From Mytilus trossulus (Eukaryota): 64,000 bases of DNA. Positions 62,477 through 64,000 of this stretch are shown here, piece by piece. The notes under the pieces are model-generated. The model worked only from the letters and a program-made list of their open reading frames with translations. It did no database searches and was not told the origin of the DNA. The position numbers were made by a program, and so were the translations under genes. The stretch covers positions 496,001 through 560,000 of the forward strand of contig NW_026963347.1 of NCBI RefSeq assembly GCF_036588685.1, in the 5' to 3' direction. Every line of letters begins with the position of its first letter. Positions within the stretch are counted from its first letter, which is position 1.

Positions 62477-63094
62477 TTAAGTGGAGTTAAATGTATATAA
62501 TAACCTAATATCCGATCAGAAATCTTTTATTCAGGTATTTGAAGTACTCAATTGATATCAAGTTTTTGAAGTGTTAGCATCGCTAGACTTGCAAATACAA
62601 ATGCTATTGTTTGAATGACTGCCATGAGTCAAACTTGTATTAACTTATTAGTTTATAACTTGTTAGATCTCGTTATAAACTACAGACATCAAATGTGGTA
62701 TCAGTATATATAATAGATTAAATAAATCGCAATAGCGGAGGTTTTTTTTTTTTTTTTCAAAACAAAATTACCTGTGGCTAATATTAACAAATTCTTGAAT
62801 TAAATCTGTGACAGCATACATTCATAATGCTTATAATGCAGTACGTATGCCACAAAATTACTTAAACTGAAATTTGAGCACAAATTAGTGTTGTTTTATA
62901 ACTGTTACTTTTAGATAACTCAATTAACTAAGTTTCGGTTCAAACTTTTTTCCACTTGCTCAATTATAACATATTAATCTTCATTGATCTAACCGAATTA
63001 AAAACTTCACGGCTTTTGTGAAAACGCAGTAATTATAAATTAATTAAAAAACGGACTAAGGAAAAGTGTCTTTTCTGTGCAGATCAATGCTGGT

Positions 63095-63190
63095 TGATTG
63101 GTCAATTATCTTTTTTTCACAGGATATACTTCAAGTAGGAAAAGGGAAGTTTTTGAATGCTAGTTTATATATATCATAATATAAATACAT
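63095..63190 (+). promoter_or_regulatory. Putative promoter of gene D
   Basis: GATTGGTCAA, TTCACAGGATA, AAAGGGAAGT and TATAAATA occur upstream of the ATG at 63243. Confidence 0.5.
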
Positions 63191-63242
63191 GTATAACATC
63201 ATTGTGTAATAAATGTTAACTTCCGTATATTATCTTCACAAA

Positions 63243-63529
63243 ATGTATTATTTTTTACTTATAGTAACAGCATATCATATGTTGCAGATAACAAACACTC
63301 TGAACTCGACTTCGAAGAATGTATGCCCTGCAAAATTGTCACCTGTAGATGAGTATGTTTTTTTAGATTATTTAACTTTTATACTATGATCTTATATTTT
63401 GTCATTTCAAAGTTTTAAATTTTTGTTGTATTCTAATTTTGTTTTTCAGTCGGTCCCGCAACATTTCCAGAAATGCATTCACAGTGAAGTGTTGTCCTAA
63501 TTATTTCGAAAAGAACGGTATCTGTGAAC
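63243..63529 (+). CDS. EMI/EGF receptor paralogue, gene D, first two exons (63243-63352 and 63450-63529); continues beyond the window
   Basis: MYYFLLIVTAYHMLQITNTLNSTSKNVCPAKLSPVD|DRSRNISRNAFTVKCCPNYFEKNGICE. The 110- and 80-nt exons have the same phases as gene B. The ORF track misses it. Confidence 0.88.
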
Positions 63530-64000
63530 GTAAGTAAAATTAAAAAAAGAACTTGTGAAAATAAAGCAAGAATACATGTTTAGGTTATCAACGACTTGAA
63601 ATATATAAAATGTAAAAATTTAGACAAATCATGCAATTCATTACGCTTCTTTCAATCGTAGATTTGCATTTTATCAAACTTTATTTAAAAAAAATTAAGG
63701 ACACACTATGTACATGTAGATGTGCACATCTACAAGAAATTGTTCTAGGATTCCTGCCCTTTTGAACTTAGAGTTTTGGCCAAAATACACTCCTGCAACA
63801 ATTTCCATCTCATATAAAACTTTACAGACAACAAGGATATATTATGTAAAAGAGAGGTGAAAGATACCAGAGGGACATTCAAACTTATGAGTCGAAAATA
63901 AACTAACAAAGCCATGACTAAAACTGTAAAAAGATTAACAGTCAAACAATAGTACTAAAACACAACATAGATTTTAAAACTAAATACTGAGCAACAATAA

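Overview
AT-rich eukaryotic DNA. The gene and repeat content suggests a bivalve, probably Mytilus (inference). Host genes on the + strand are a tandem cluster of small EMI/EGF single-pass receptors (Draper/MEGF10/PEAR1/Nimrod-like): two complete 5-exon models at 29280-36911 and 44025-56337, the 5' end of a third at 63243, and the 3' end of a divergent relative at 2469-5244. There is also a 2-exon coiled-coil C1q-domain gene at 10992-13011. The rest is dense transposon material: two decayed Tc1/mariner copies, an Academ element, CACTA-, Kolobok- and Tc1-type MITEs, Helentron-type HINEs, SINE and RT relics, and an old ~4.5-7 kb duplication that may hold a fossil minus-strand ORF. The most interesting signal is a set of retroelements sitting in (TA)n tracts. 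A near-intact Neptune-type Penelope-like element (RT + GIY-YIG, 49819-53070, variant hammerhead in its 3' region) lies in a TA tract with two short non-coding partial-tandem elements, and both recur together in a second TA tract at 3190-4656. One is a 546-nt hammerhead retrozyme. The other is a ~442-nt unit with a tRNA-derived Pol III promoter, extensive G-U-containing self-pairing and no canonical ribozyme: a candidate undescribed PLE-mobilised Pol III retro-RNA. Further hammerhead retrozyme copies from at least two other families are scattered through the window. All assignments were made by eye, without database searches.
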